A stretch of 64,000 bases of DNA from NCBI GenBank assembly GCA_965250285.1, contig OZ252299.1:3744001-3808000 (forward strand). Reading direction: 5' to 3'. Positions 49,168 to 59,724 of the stretch are shown here, one piece after another (the first letter of the stretch is position 1; each line of letters starts with the position of its first letter). A program made the position numbers and the translations under genes. Under the pieces are notes generated by a model, which was not told the origin of the DNA, searched no databases, and was given only the letters and a program-made list of their open reading frames with translations. This DNA comes from Myxococcota bacterium (GTDB taxonomy: Bacteria > Myxococcota_A > UBA9160 > UBA4427).

Positions 49168-50340
49168 TCACGTGCGAAATCTCCAGGCCAGGTGGGCTCG
49201 GCGCGCGGCGATCGCCTGCTCGCGCTCCGACGCCGTCACGACGGGCGTCTCGGGGGGCAACGACGCTCTGACGCCATCGATCGCGACGACCCGGGTCGTC
49301 ATCGGCGGGTCCCCATTCGACCAGAACCAACGAGCCGTCAGCAACCCTTCCACGTGACCGCCGACGTCGAGCCAGTTCGGCACGCCGGGATCGGTGTGCG
49401 CGAGCACGAACCGCGCGCGACCGTCGTCATCGATGAACACCTGACGGTGGTTGATCGACGTGACCCGGTGCACGGGGTCGATCGGCGCGAACCAGCCGAG
49501 CCGCGCGAGCTGCATCCCCCAGTAGCGGGCATCGGGCACGTCGGTCTCGACGATCAGCGCTTCATCAGGCCGCAGCGCCCAGAATAGAAACGCGTACCGG
49601 GCCGCCGAGAGCCCCTTTGCCACCTGCCCCTCGATCAGGAACGCGTTCGCCGGCGCCTTCGCCTTGCGCTCGCGCAGATAGTCGTTCCAGCCGATCAGCG
49701 AGCGTTCGGTCTGCTCGAGAGCATGGTCGATCTGCGAAGCGAGCTCTTCGCCGCTGCGAGGCCGAGGTGGGTCGGGGTCGAGGCACTCGATCGTGAACAC
49801 CGCGGGCTCGATCGGCTGCCACTCGGTGTAGTACTCGCGCAACGAGACCGTCGTCACCTCGGGCGGGATCTCGATGCACGCGGGATCGCCACCGTCGCCG
49901 CCGAGGAGGATCTCGAAGCGATCGCCCTGCTCGATGCCGAGCTCGACCGAAGACCGCGAAGCTTTGGTTCCCCACTCGGGCATGTGCATGAAGCCGACAC
50001 GCAGGGTCAGTGCGAAGTGCTCACAACCTCGCATCTCGCCGCGAATGCGATAGCGACGCGACGGATCGATTCGCGCGTGCCGGTACGTGTTGTCCTGGTT
50101 CGGACCGCCCCAGGGCGTGAAAAGATCGTTCGAGCGGTGGAAAAACGGCGCGGCCGGATCGGCGTGGCTGATCGACCACCCGAGCCAACATGATACCTGG
50201 GCAGCCAGGTGCGCGATGCCCTCTGTCGGCGCGTCCGCGGTGTCGGGAAAATCGTCTTCGAGGATCCGAGTCCCGAGCGCCTCCATCTTGCGACAGAAGC
50301 GCTGCCAGGCGACCACCTCGGGCCGTTCGTCGTCGTCCAC
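49168..50340 (-). CDS. DUF1214-like protein
   Basis: WGGPNQDNTY, LRPDEAL, DPGVPNWLD; GGAGG-GTG start. Confidence 0.8.
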   Translation of the reverse strand: MDDDERPEVVAWQRFCRKMEALGTRILEDDFPDTADAPTEGIAHLAAQVSCWLGWSISHADPAAPFFHRSNDLFTPWGGPNQDNTYRHARIDPSRRYRIRGEMRGCEHFALTLRVGFMHMPEWGTKASRSSVELGIEQGDRFEILLGGDGGDPACIEIPPEVTTVSLREYYTEWQPIEPAVFTIECLDPDPPRPRSGEELASQIDHALEQTERSLIGWNDYLRERKAKAPANAFLIEGQVAKGLSAARYAFLFWALRPDEALIVETDVPDARYWGMQLARLGWFAPIDPVHRVTSINHRQVFIDDDGRARFVLAHTDPGVPNWLDVGGHVEGLLTARWFWSNGDPPMTTRVVAIDGVRASLPPETPVVTASEREQAIAARRAHLAWRFRT

Positions 50341-50389
50341 GCGTCCTCCCGATACCGACTCGGCGCGCGCCGCGGGGCACACGCGGGCT

Positions 50390-51175
50390 TCAAGCCCGCA
50401 TCACGCCCCCACCGTCGACCATCAACGTCTGTCCGGTCAGATACTGGCTGGCGTCCGACAAGAGAAAGGTGATCACCGGAGCGATGTCGGCTTCGGGATC
50501 CCCATCGCGACCGAGCGGATGATCGGCATACATCTCGGCGAATGCAGCCGCGCGATCGCCGTCGTCGTCGCCGACCGGCATGCGATGGGCGACCGATGCG
50601 GGGCAGACGCAATTGACCGTCACGCCGTACTCGCCCCACTCGCGGGCTGCACTGCGCGTCAGGGATCGAACGCCTTCCTTCGCCGCCGAATACGGGCCGT
50701 ACCCGGGCGCTCCCGTCAGGCCCATGGCCGAGCCCATCGTCACGATGCGGCCCCGACCGAGCGTCCGCATGTGTGGCAGCACCGCCTGCATCAGCCAGAG
50801 CGTGCCTTTCGGCCCCGTATCGAGCACCGTGTCGAAGTCATCCTCCGTCACTTCGGCCAGCGGCGTCACGGGTCGCAGCGACTGCGCGTTCGCGACGAGA
50901 CCGTCGATCTTGCCGAAGGCCTCGACGGTGGCGGCGGCGACGGCTCGACACGCGCCTCGTTCGCCGACGTTCGACGCGAAGACGCGAAACGGAGCGCCCA
51001 TCGCGCTGAGCTCGTCGGCGATCGCGTCGAGGCGCGCCTGCTTGCGCCCCGTCACCATCAGTTCGACGCCGGCACGAGCGAGCACGCGGGCAATGCCGAG
51101 ACCGATGCCCCGGGTGCCGCCCGTCAGAATCACGGTGCGCCCTTCGAGATCGGTGGGCATCTTCGAATCGATCAT
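50390..51175 (-). CDS. SDR oxidoreductase
   Basis: TGGTRGIG, YSAAK, YLTGQTLMVDGG. Confidence 0.92.
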   Translation of the reverse strand: MIDSKMPTDLEGRTVILTGGTRGIGLGIARVLARAGVELMVTGRKQARLDAIADELSAMGAPFRVFASNVGERGACRAVAAATVEAFGKIDGLVANAQSLRPVTPLAEVTEDDFDTVLDTGPKGTLWLMQAVLPHMRTLGRGRIVTMGSAMGLTGAPGYGPYSAAKEGVRSLTRSAAREWGEYGVTVNCVCPASVAHRMPVGDDDGDRAAAFAEMYADHPLGRDGDPEADIAPVITFLLSDASQYLTGQTLMVDGGGVMRA

Positions 51176-51978
51176 GACGCCCGATGATCGCCTAGATCGA
51201 TCGCACGTGTCACGTGGACGATCGCGGTGCTCGTCCGACGCGCGCGCCCTTCGTCGTGCAGCTCGACGCGAATCACTTCCTTGCGATGCGAGTCGAGCCA
51301 GCTCGCACGACTCACGACGGGCCCTTCGCTCACGGGGCCGAGGTAGCGAAGGTCGAGTGCCGAGACCGCGCAGGGCCCCAGTCCCGCCGACTCGGCGAGC
51401 GCGAGCGCCGCGCACTCGATCACGAGCGCCACGAGGGCCCCCTGCAGCGCGCCTTCGGGATTCATCAGCGCAGGCCGCAACCCGAGCTCGACGTGGCCCG
51501 TCGCCGCATCGCGCGTGACCACGCCCGCTTCGAGGTCGAGCGGGCGCTCGGGCGGGTGCCAGGGGATCGTTGCCGGTATCGACAGGCGAGCCACGTCGCG
51601 CGGCGGTCCGACATGTTCGACGCGCATGAACGTGCTCTCGCCGAATGCGTAGAGCGCCCCACCCGCCTCGACCCGAACGGCGGTCGTCACGAAACGCCGG
51701 CCCGTACGGAGCGGCGACGCAGTCGCTTCGAGTCGCTCGGGTGCGCCCGGCTGCGGGATGCGCAGCGACAGGTCGAGGGTGAACGTCGAGTCGTCGCCCG
51801 CGGCCTCGCGCGTCACGATGCCAGCGGCGAGGTCGACGGCCGACGCGATCACGGTCGCGCGCAGCACACCGGCGCGTAGGAGCTCGGGCACTGGCTCGAC
51901 CGCGAGCAAGGCGTCGCCCGATGCGGGCCGAGTGAAGCCGTATCGCGTGTAGAAGAGAGGTGTGGCCTCGTCGACCAA
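51172..51978 (-). CDS. PaaI-like double hot-dog thioesterase family protein
   Basis: Two hot-dog-like repeats (AVDLAAG..TLDLSLR; NPEGALQGALVA..LRYL); start uncertain. Confidence 0.75.
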   Translation of the reverse strand: MVDEATPLFYTRYGFTRPASGDALLAVEPVPELLRAGVLRATVIASAVDLAAGIVTREAAGDDSTFTLDLSLRIPQPGAPERLEATASPLRTGRRFVTTAVRVEAGGALYAFGESTFMRVEHVGPPRDVARLSIPATIPWHPPERPLDLEAGVVTRDAATGHVELGLRPALMNPEGALQGALVALVIECAALALAESAGLGPCAVSALDLRYLGPVSEGPVVSRASWLDSHRKEVIRVELHDEGRARRTSTAIVHVTRAIDLGDHRAS

Positions 51979-51983
51979 GCCGA

Positions 51984-52775
51984 CTAGCCCCCCAACCCCT
52001 CGGGCGTGGGCGTCGGGTACTGCGACGCGATCCCGCCGTCGACGGGCACGACCAGGCCGCTCACGAAGCTCGCCTCGTCGGACGCGAGGAAGAGCGCGGC
52101 GTTGGCGATGTCTTCCGGAAGGCCGAGCCGACGCAGCGGAACGCCCGACTGCATGTGGTCGCGCAGGCCGGGCACCGAGTCGAGGTACGCGCTGAAGCCC
52201 TCGGAGAGGATCGGCCCCGGCGAGATCACGTTTGCGCGGATGCCAAACGGACCGAACTCGGCGCAGATGCTCTTCGCCAGATTGATCACCGCCGCCTTCG
52301 CCATGCCGTACGCCGCCAGCCCGGGCACCGCCCCGAGCCCCGCGCCCGAGGCGGTGATCAGGATGCACCCCCCACGCTGCTCCTTCATCACGCCCAGCGC
52401 CGCCCGCGCGCCGTGGAACACGCCATCGAGGTTCAGCGCGAGCACGCGGCGCAGATCGTCGTCGTCGACCTCTTCGGTCGGGCGCGGCAGCGCGCCGCCC
52501 GCGTTGTTGAACATGACATCGAGCCGCCCCCAGCGTGAGACCGTGGCCTCGACCAGAGCGTCGACCTGGGCCGACACCGTCACGTCCGTGCGCTGCGCAG
52601 TGGCGCGCCCGCCGTCGGCGACGATCGCGTCGGCCGTGGCCTGCGCGTTCTCATCGTCGACGTCGGCGACGACGACCGCCGCCCCTTCGGCCGCGAAACG
52701 AAGCGCCGAGGCGCGACCGATCCCGCGGCCGCTCCCCGTGATGATCGCGATCTTGCCATCGAGGCGACCGGGCAT
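51984..52775 (-). CDS. SDR oxidoreductase
   Basis: TGSGRGIG, NNAG, YGMAK, FLASDEASFVSG. Confidence 0.93.
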   Translation of the reverse strand: MPGRLDGKIAIITGSGRGIGRASALRFAAEGAAVVVADVDDENAQATADAIVADGGRATAQRTDVTVSAQVDALVEATVSRWGRLDVMFNNAGGALPRPTEEVDDDDLRRVLALNLDGVFHGARAALGVMKEQRGGCILITASGAGLGAVPGLAAYGMAKAAVINLAKSICAEFGPFGIRANVISPGPILSEGFSAYLDSVPGLRDHMQSGVPLRRLGLPEDIANAALFLASDEASFVSGLVVPVDGGIASQYPTPTPEGLGG

Positions 52776-52979
52776 CCGGGCCCACCCTCCGTACGCGACG
52801 ACGCCAGACGCGGCGCTGAACATGACGCTCACGTCGAAGCGTATCGCGATCGACGAGCAGGGGCCGCCGCACCTCGACGCGTCGCGCTCTGGCCCCATCC
52901 CGTCGGCCGCACCCGATCTCGATGCGTGTTGTATTCGAGTGTCGCCGACCGGTGGAATGCGCGGGATGTCGGTAGAAGC

Positions 52980-53305
52980 GCCGGGCGTTTTTCGCGTCTC
53001 GGCCATGCACTCGGTGGCGGCATGGCTGGTCGTACAGATTGCCGACGCGACGTTCGACGTCCTCGGCATCCCGCCCTCCCCCACCGATTGCTGATCCTCG
53101 CGGCGGCCGCGGGCCTTCCAATCGCCGTGATGCCGGGCTGGCTCTACGACTGGAGCGGCGGCGAGCAGAAGCGCACCGCGCCCGCCGGGCACGACACCGG
53201 CGACGCCGATGGTGAAGTCACGCGCCTCCGCGGGCGACGACGCATCGATCTCCCCATCATCGTGTTCCTCGCGCTTGCGCTTGCGATGGCGATCTTCGAC
53301 CTAGC
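52980..53305 (+). pseudogene. Frameshifted, truncated remnant of a membrane-anchored TolB-like/TPR protein N-terminus
   Basis: GVFRVSAMHSVAAWLVVQIADATFDVLGIP, then in another frame RLLIL..GLPIAV..W.YD..KRT..RRIDLPII; resembles the 'RRxVFRV..Y..AWL..Q' N-terminal module. Confidence 0.55.
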
Positions 53306-53836
53306 TCACGCGATCAGCTCGTTGAACGGCACCGGCTCCCCCTTGAGCTTCCCGGCGCTCTCTCGGCCGGCGACCGGCAGCCCACTCGGGTCGAGCAAGC
53401 CGATCTGCACCAGGACCGACGCCTGGTCCCAATAGATGTGCTCGTGCGCCAGCTTGCCGTCGCGAAACCCGGCGACCACGACGAGGCCGACCTCGACGGG
53501 TCGACCGGTCGGCGCCACGCCGGGCAGCAGAAAGTCCATCTCGCACGTGTGCGTGAACTCGATCATCAGTTCGTCGACCAGCTGATCGCGACCGACCGTG
53601 CGCGAGATGGGCGTGGATCGAAAATCCGGCGGCAGCCGATTGACGAAGTGATGGCCGTAGAAGGCGCGCAGACCTTCGACACCGCGGCCGCCCGTCATCG
53701 TGGGGACGTGATTGACGGTCGCATCCTCGACCATCGTGCCCACCGTCGCGTCGGCGTCGTGCGTCTCGAACTCGTAGGCGAGGTGGCGTTCCCAGATTTC
53801 GATCATCGCACGCTGCTGTGCGTCGAACTCGGCCAT
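53306..53836 (-). CDS. SnoaL/NTF2-like ester cyclase family protein
   Basis: WERHLAYEF, VNHVPTMTGG, FTHT, HEHIYWDQASVL. Confidence 0.9.
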   Translation of the reverse strand: MAEFDAQQRAMIEIWERHLAYEFETHDADATVGTMVEDATVNHVPTMTGGRGVEGLRAFYGHHFVNRLPPDFRSTPISRTVGRDQLVDELMIEFTHTCEMDFLLPGVAPTGRPVEVGLVVVAGFRDGKLAHEHIYWDQASVLVQIGLLDPSGLPVAGRESAGKLKGEPVPFNELIA

Positions 53837-53982
53837 CGCGGTCTCCCGGTGATCGCGCACCGCGCGAAAGGCGCGTAGCCCGAGCGTACGAAGGCCGACG
53901 GGATGCTTCAATCACCCCCGAGCCGGTGCCGATGCGCCTCGATCGGGTACGCTCGCTCGACTTCTGCCCGTTCGGAGCTCGC

Positions 53983-55068
53983 GTGGAGAACCGTGCAGCC
54001 TCTGCCCCCGAGATCGAGTCGGCCCTGCGCCGCTGGGGACGCTCGGCGCTCTCGTTCGATCTGCTGCTCGAGCCCGAGCGCTACGACACGTTCGCCTCGG
54101 TCACGTGCCCGGGCGCAGTGGTGCCGTTTCGGCGCTATGGGCGAGTCGACGTGCTCATGGGCGACCCGCTCGTACCCGAAGATCAGCTCGAGCCGGTCGC
54201 TCGTGAGTTCTTGTCGGCACGCCGTGCCGCGCACCGCCCGCTGCTCGGCTTCGCGACCTCACGCGAGTTTGCGCTCGCATGCGTCGACGCGGGTTGCGCT
54301 GCCGTTCAACTGACGGCCGAGCCCGAGATCGACCCGCTGCACTACGCGCCGACGGGCAAACACGCGAAGAAGCTCCGCAGCCACGTGCACAAGCTCGAGC
54401 GAGCCGGCGTCGACGCAACGGCGCTGCCGGCCGGCACGGCCGAGGTGCCCACAGAGTTTCGCATCGCGGCCGAGCGCTTGGTCGCCGACTGGCTCGCGCA
54501 CGGCCCACCGCGCGAGGCGCACCTGCTCGAGGTCGACCCCTGGGTGCGCACCGCCGACAAGCGTTACTTCGCAGTCCCCGACCCCGCCGACCCCGCGCGT
54601 CTGCTCTCGCTGCTGATCGCCCACCCCATCTACGGACGGGGCGGCTGGCACTTCTGTCACCTGATCCACGCATCAGAGGCCCTGCGCGGCGCCAACGAGC
54701 TGAACGTGCTTCGCGCGGTCGAGGCTCTGGCCGCCGAAGGCTGCAGCTACGTGACGTTCGGACCGTTTGCGGCGCCCTCCGCCGGCGAGTTCCACGGCTT
54801 CGGCGGGGTTTGGCGCCCCCTGATCCGGACGTTCTACGACCGGGTCGCGCTGCGCGCGGGCTACGCCGATACGCTTGCGTTCTATGAGAAGATCAAGGCG
54901 CCACCCTTCACACCGCGATTCATGGTCATGGCGCCTCGACACTTTCCGCTGCGGGCGATGCTCGCTCTCAGCCAGGTGACCCACGTGCTCGGCACCCACG
55001 GTCGGCACCCGACGGCGGGTCATGTGCCGAGCGCGGACGCCCCCCCTTGTCCGGATTCGGCCTCCTAG
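53983..55068 (+). CDS. Stand-alone DUF2156/MprF-like aminoacyl-transferase domain protein
   Basis: MGDPLVP, E..IDP..Y...G..AKKLR, GANEL, EG.SYVTFG..P; no flippase TM region. Confidence 0.7.
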   Translation: MENRAASAPEIESALRRWGRSALSFDLLLEPERYDTFASVTCPGAVVPFRRYGRVDVLMGDPLVPEDQLEPVAREFLSARRAAHRPLLGFATSREFALACVDAGCAAVQLTAEPEIDPLHYAPTGKHAKKLRSHVHKLERAGVDATALPAGTAEVPTEFRIAAERLVADWLAHGPPREAHLLEVDPWVRTADKRYFAVPDPADPARLLSLLIAHPIYGRGGWHFCHLIHASEALRGANELNVLRAVEALAAEGCSYVTFGPFAAPSAGEFHGFGGVWRPLIRTFYDRVALRAGYADTLAFYEKIKAPPFTPRFMVMAPRHFPLRAMLALSQVTHVLGTHGRHPTAGHVPSADAPPCPDSAS

Positions 55069-55139
55069 TCGACGCGACGCGCTGCATGCGAAGTCGTCGC
55101 CAGGGCCCTACTTTTTGGGCGGCACAGGAGAGGAGCCTC

Positions 55140-55502
55140 ATGCTGGACGTACTCGACGAAACTTCGGGTGATCTCGTGGCGATTCGCGTCTCGGGTCGCC
55201 ATCTCACGGACGAGGCTCACAAGCTCGCCTCGCTCATCGATGCGCGCATCGAGGCCCATGGCCACGCGTGCGCGTTCGTCGAGATCGACGACACCGATGG
55301 CGTCAGCGCGGGCGCGCTGAAGGAGGGTCTCGAGTTCGACCTCCAGCACGGCAAGCAGATCAAGCGCTGCGCCATCGTGGGCGATGCGTCGTGGGAGCGC
55401 GGGCTGGTTCGGCTGCTCGGGCTCTTTTTCACCAACGCAGAGGTCCGCTTCTTTGGTTCGGACGAGCGCGCGACGGCGCTCGAGTGGGCGAGCGGCTCCT
55501 AG
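55140..55502 (+). CDS. STAS/SEC14 (SpoIIAA-like) domain protein
   Basis: AIRVSG, CAIVGD..W, EVRFF..A.EW; AGGAG RBS. Confidence 0.85.
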   Translation: MLDVLDETSGDLVAIRVSGRHLTDEAHKLASLIDARIEAHGHACAFVEIDDTDGVSAGALKEGLEFDLQHGKQIKRCAIVGDASWERGLVRLLGLFFTNAEVRFFGSDERATALEWASGS

Positions 55503-55687
55503 ACGACGTCGGATGAGGCGCATCGCATGACGCGCGTCGAGACCGACAGCACGAGCAACACCGCGGCCGACTCCGGCTGCTCTTCGAGCGCACCCACGCG
55601 CGGCTCGCACGGCTTCGCTGCGCCGGGCTCGCGATTGGGCGGGACGCTCTCGGGTCGAATCCGGCGCCTCGCGGGTGAAGGTCCGGC

Positions 55688-56421
55688 ATGACGCGTCTGC
55701 TGCTGCTCTACCGGAGCGTGCTCGGCAAGAAGGCCATCGTCGCCGTGACCGGCGCGATCATGATGGGCTTCCTGCTGCTCCACGCCGCGGGCAACGTGAA
55801 GGCCTTTCTGCCCGATCCGACCCCCGGTGTCCCCGACATCGACGTGTACGCGCGTTTCCTTCGCACGATGGGCGAGCCGCTCTTCCCCTACAGCGCCATC
55901 CTGTGGCTGGTGCGCGTCGTCCTCGCCGCTTCGCTCGTGCTCCACGTCGTGTGCGTGGTTCAGCTCGCGCTGCACAATCGAAGAGCAAGGCCGCGGGCGT
56001 ACGATCAATACGACTACACCGAGGCCACGACTTCAGCGCGCTGGATGCTGTACACCGGCGGCCTGCTGCTCTGCTTCCTCGTGGTGCACCTGCTGCAGTT
56101 CACCACGGGTACGATCGACGCTTCACGCTTCGTCGAAGGCGAGGTCTACGGCAACCTGTACCGAGCCTTCCATCAGTGGGGCTTCGTCGGCTTCTACCTG
56201 GCGGCGATGAGCGTGCTCGCGCTGCACCTCTATCACGGCGCCTGGAGCCTCTTTCAATCGCTCGGCCTCGACAACCCCGATCGCAACCGCGGACTTCGTC
56301 GCCTGGCCCTCGTGGTCGCCCTACTGCTGCCCCTGATCTTCGCCACGCTGCCCGTGGCCTTCATGTCCGGCCAGATGGATCCGCCGCCCGCGCAGATCGG
56401 CCGGCTCGGTGGGGACCCCCG

Positions 56422-56425
<4 letters not shown>
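55688..56425 (+). CDS. sdhC: Succinate dehydrogenase cytochrome b subunit
   Basis: [40 protein letters not shown]. Confidence 0.93.
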
Positions 56426-58338
<1,913 letters not shown>

Positions 58339-58407
58339 CGGTCACAGCGAGCATCGAACCAGCCACGCGAATCGAAGCACGACGCGCACTCGACGGGACG
58401 ACACGAC

Positions 58408-59184
58408 ATGAAGTTCACCCTGAGCATCTGGCGACAGTCCGGTCCCGACGCAGAAGGCCAGTTCGTCGACTACGAGATCGACGACATCGAGCCGACGACC
58501 TCGTTTCTCGAGATGATGGACACCCTCAACGAGCAGCTGACCGAGGCTGGCGACGAGCCCGTCGCCTTCGACAGCGACTGCCGCGAGGGCATCTGCGGTA
58601 TGTGCTCGATGGTGATCAACGGACGTCCCCATGGCCCGCAGTCGGGCGCTACCACGTGCCAGCTCTACATGCGCCTCTTCGAAGACGGCGACCGCATCAC
58701 CGTCGAGCCCTGGCGCTCGGCGGCTTTCCCGTCGCTTCGTGATCTGATCGTCGACCGCAGCGCCTTCGACCGCATCATGCAGGCCGGGGGCTACGTCACG
58801 GTGCACTCGGGCCCCAAGCCCGAGCCGAACGCGATGCCGATCGACCCCGAGGTGGCCGAGGAGGCGCTCGACGCCGCGTGCTGCATCGGATGCGGCGCGT
58901 GCGTGGCGGCCTGCCCGAACGGATCCGCGTCGCTGTACACGGCGGCCAAGGTCTCCCACCTGGGGCTGCTGCCCCAGGGTCAACCCGAGCGCTATCGACG
59001 TGTGCGCCACATGGTCGATCAGATGCAGACCGAGTCGTTCGGTTCGTGTCGCAGCTATGCCGAGTGCGAGTCGAACTGCCCGAAGGAGATCAGCATCAAG
59101 TTCATCGGGCAGATGAATCGCGACTATCTGCGCGCGATCTTGAAGGAGCCCATCGATCGGCGTGGCCCGATGGATGCGCAGTAG
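58408..59184 (+). CDS. sdhB: Succinate dehydrogenase Fe-S subunit
   Basis: DCREGICGMC, CIGCGACVAACPN, C....EC...CPK. Confidence 0.95.
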   Translation: MKFTLSIWRQSGPDAEGQFVDYEIDDIEPTTSFLEMMDTLNEQLTEAGDEPVAFDSDCREGICGMCSMVINGRPHGPQSGATTCQLYMRLFEDGDRITVEPWRSAAFPSLRDLIVDRSAFDRIMQAGGYVTVHSGPKPEPNAMPIDPEVAEEALDAACCIGCGACVAACPNGSASLYTAAKVSHLGLLPQGQPERYRRVRHMVDQMQTESFGSCRSYAECESNCPKEISIKFIGQMNRDYLRAILKEPIDRRGPMDAQ

Positions 59185-59196
59185 CGGGAGGTCGCC

Positions 59197-59712
59197 ATGC
59201 CCGAAACGCACGCACGCGCCGAGCTCAAGACGCTCCCGCCGGCCGAAACGACGACGGCGCTCGCGATGGCGCAGCGCTGCCGCGACGTGGGCGAGCCCGA
59301 AGAAGCGGAGAGCATCTGCCTCGATGTGCTCGCCGCCGAGCCGGCGCATCAGGAGGCATTGATCCTGCTGGTCCTGGCTCGGACGGATCTGCTCGACCGG
59401 GGCCTGCCGGGTGGGGTCGAGCGCGCGCGCGAGCCTCTCGAGAAGCTCGAGAGCGAATACGACCGGGCGTACTACGCCGGTATCATCTGCGAGCGGCAGG
59501 CTCGCCATCTGGTCCAGGCCCGCGGCCGCCGAAGCTCGTTCGTCGCCTGGGACTGGTTCCAGAACGCGATGCGGCATTTCGAAGAAGCGGCCCGCCTGGC
59601 GCCCGAACGCGTCGAGCCGGTGCTGCGGTTCAACACCTGCGTTCGACTCATCGAGCGAAACCCGCACTGCGAGCCGGGCCCCGACGACCTCGAAGAGCAC
59701 GGCATCGAGTAG
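59197..59712 (+). CDS. Hypothetical helical (TPR-like) protein
   Basis: GGGAGG RBS, 12 bp after sdhB; EPEEAESICLDVL, EYDRAYYAGIICER. Confidence 0.75.
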   Translation: MPETHARAELKTLPPAETTTALAMAQRCRDVGEPEEAESICLDVLAAEPAHQEALILLVLARTDLLDRGLPGGVERAREPLEKLESEYDRAYYAGIICERQARHLVQARGRRSSFVAWDWFQNAMRHFEEAARLAPERVEPVLRFNTCVRLIERNPHCEPGPDDLEEHGIE

Positions 59713-59724
59713 CCCCCGCCCGCG

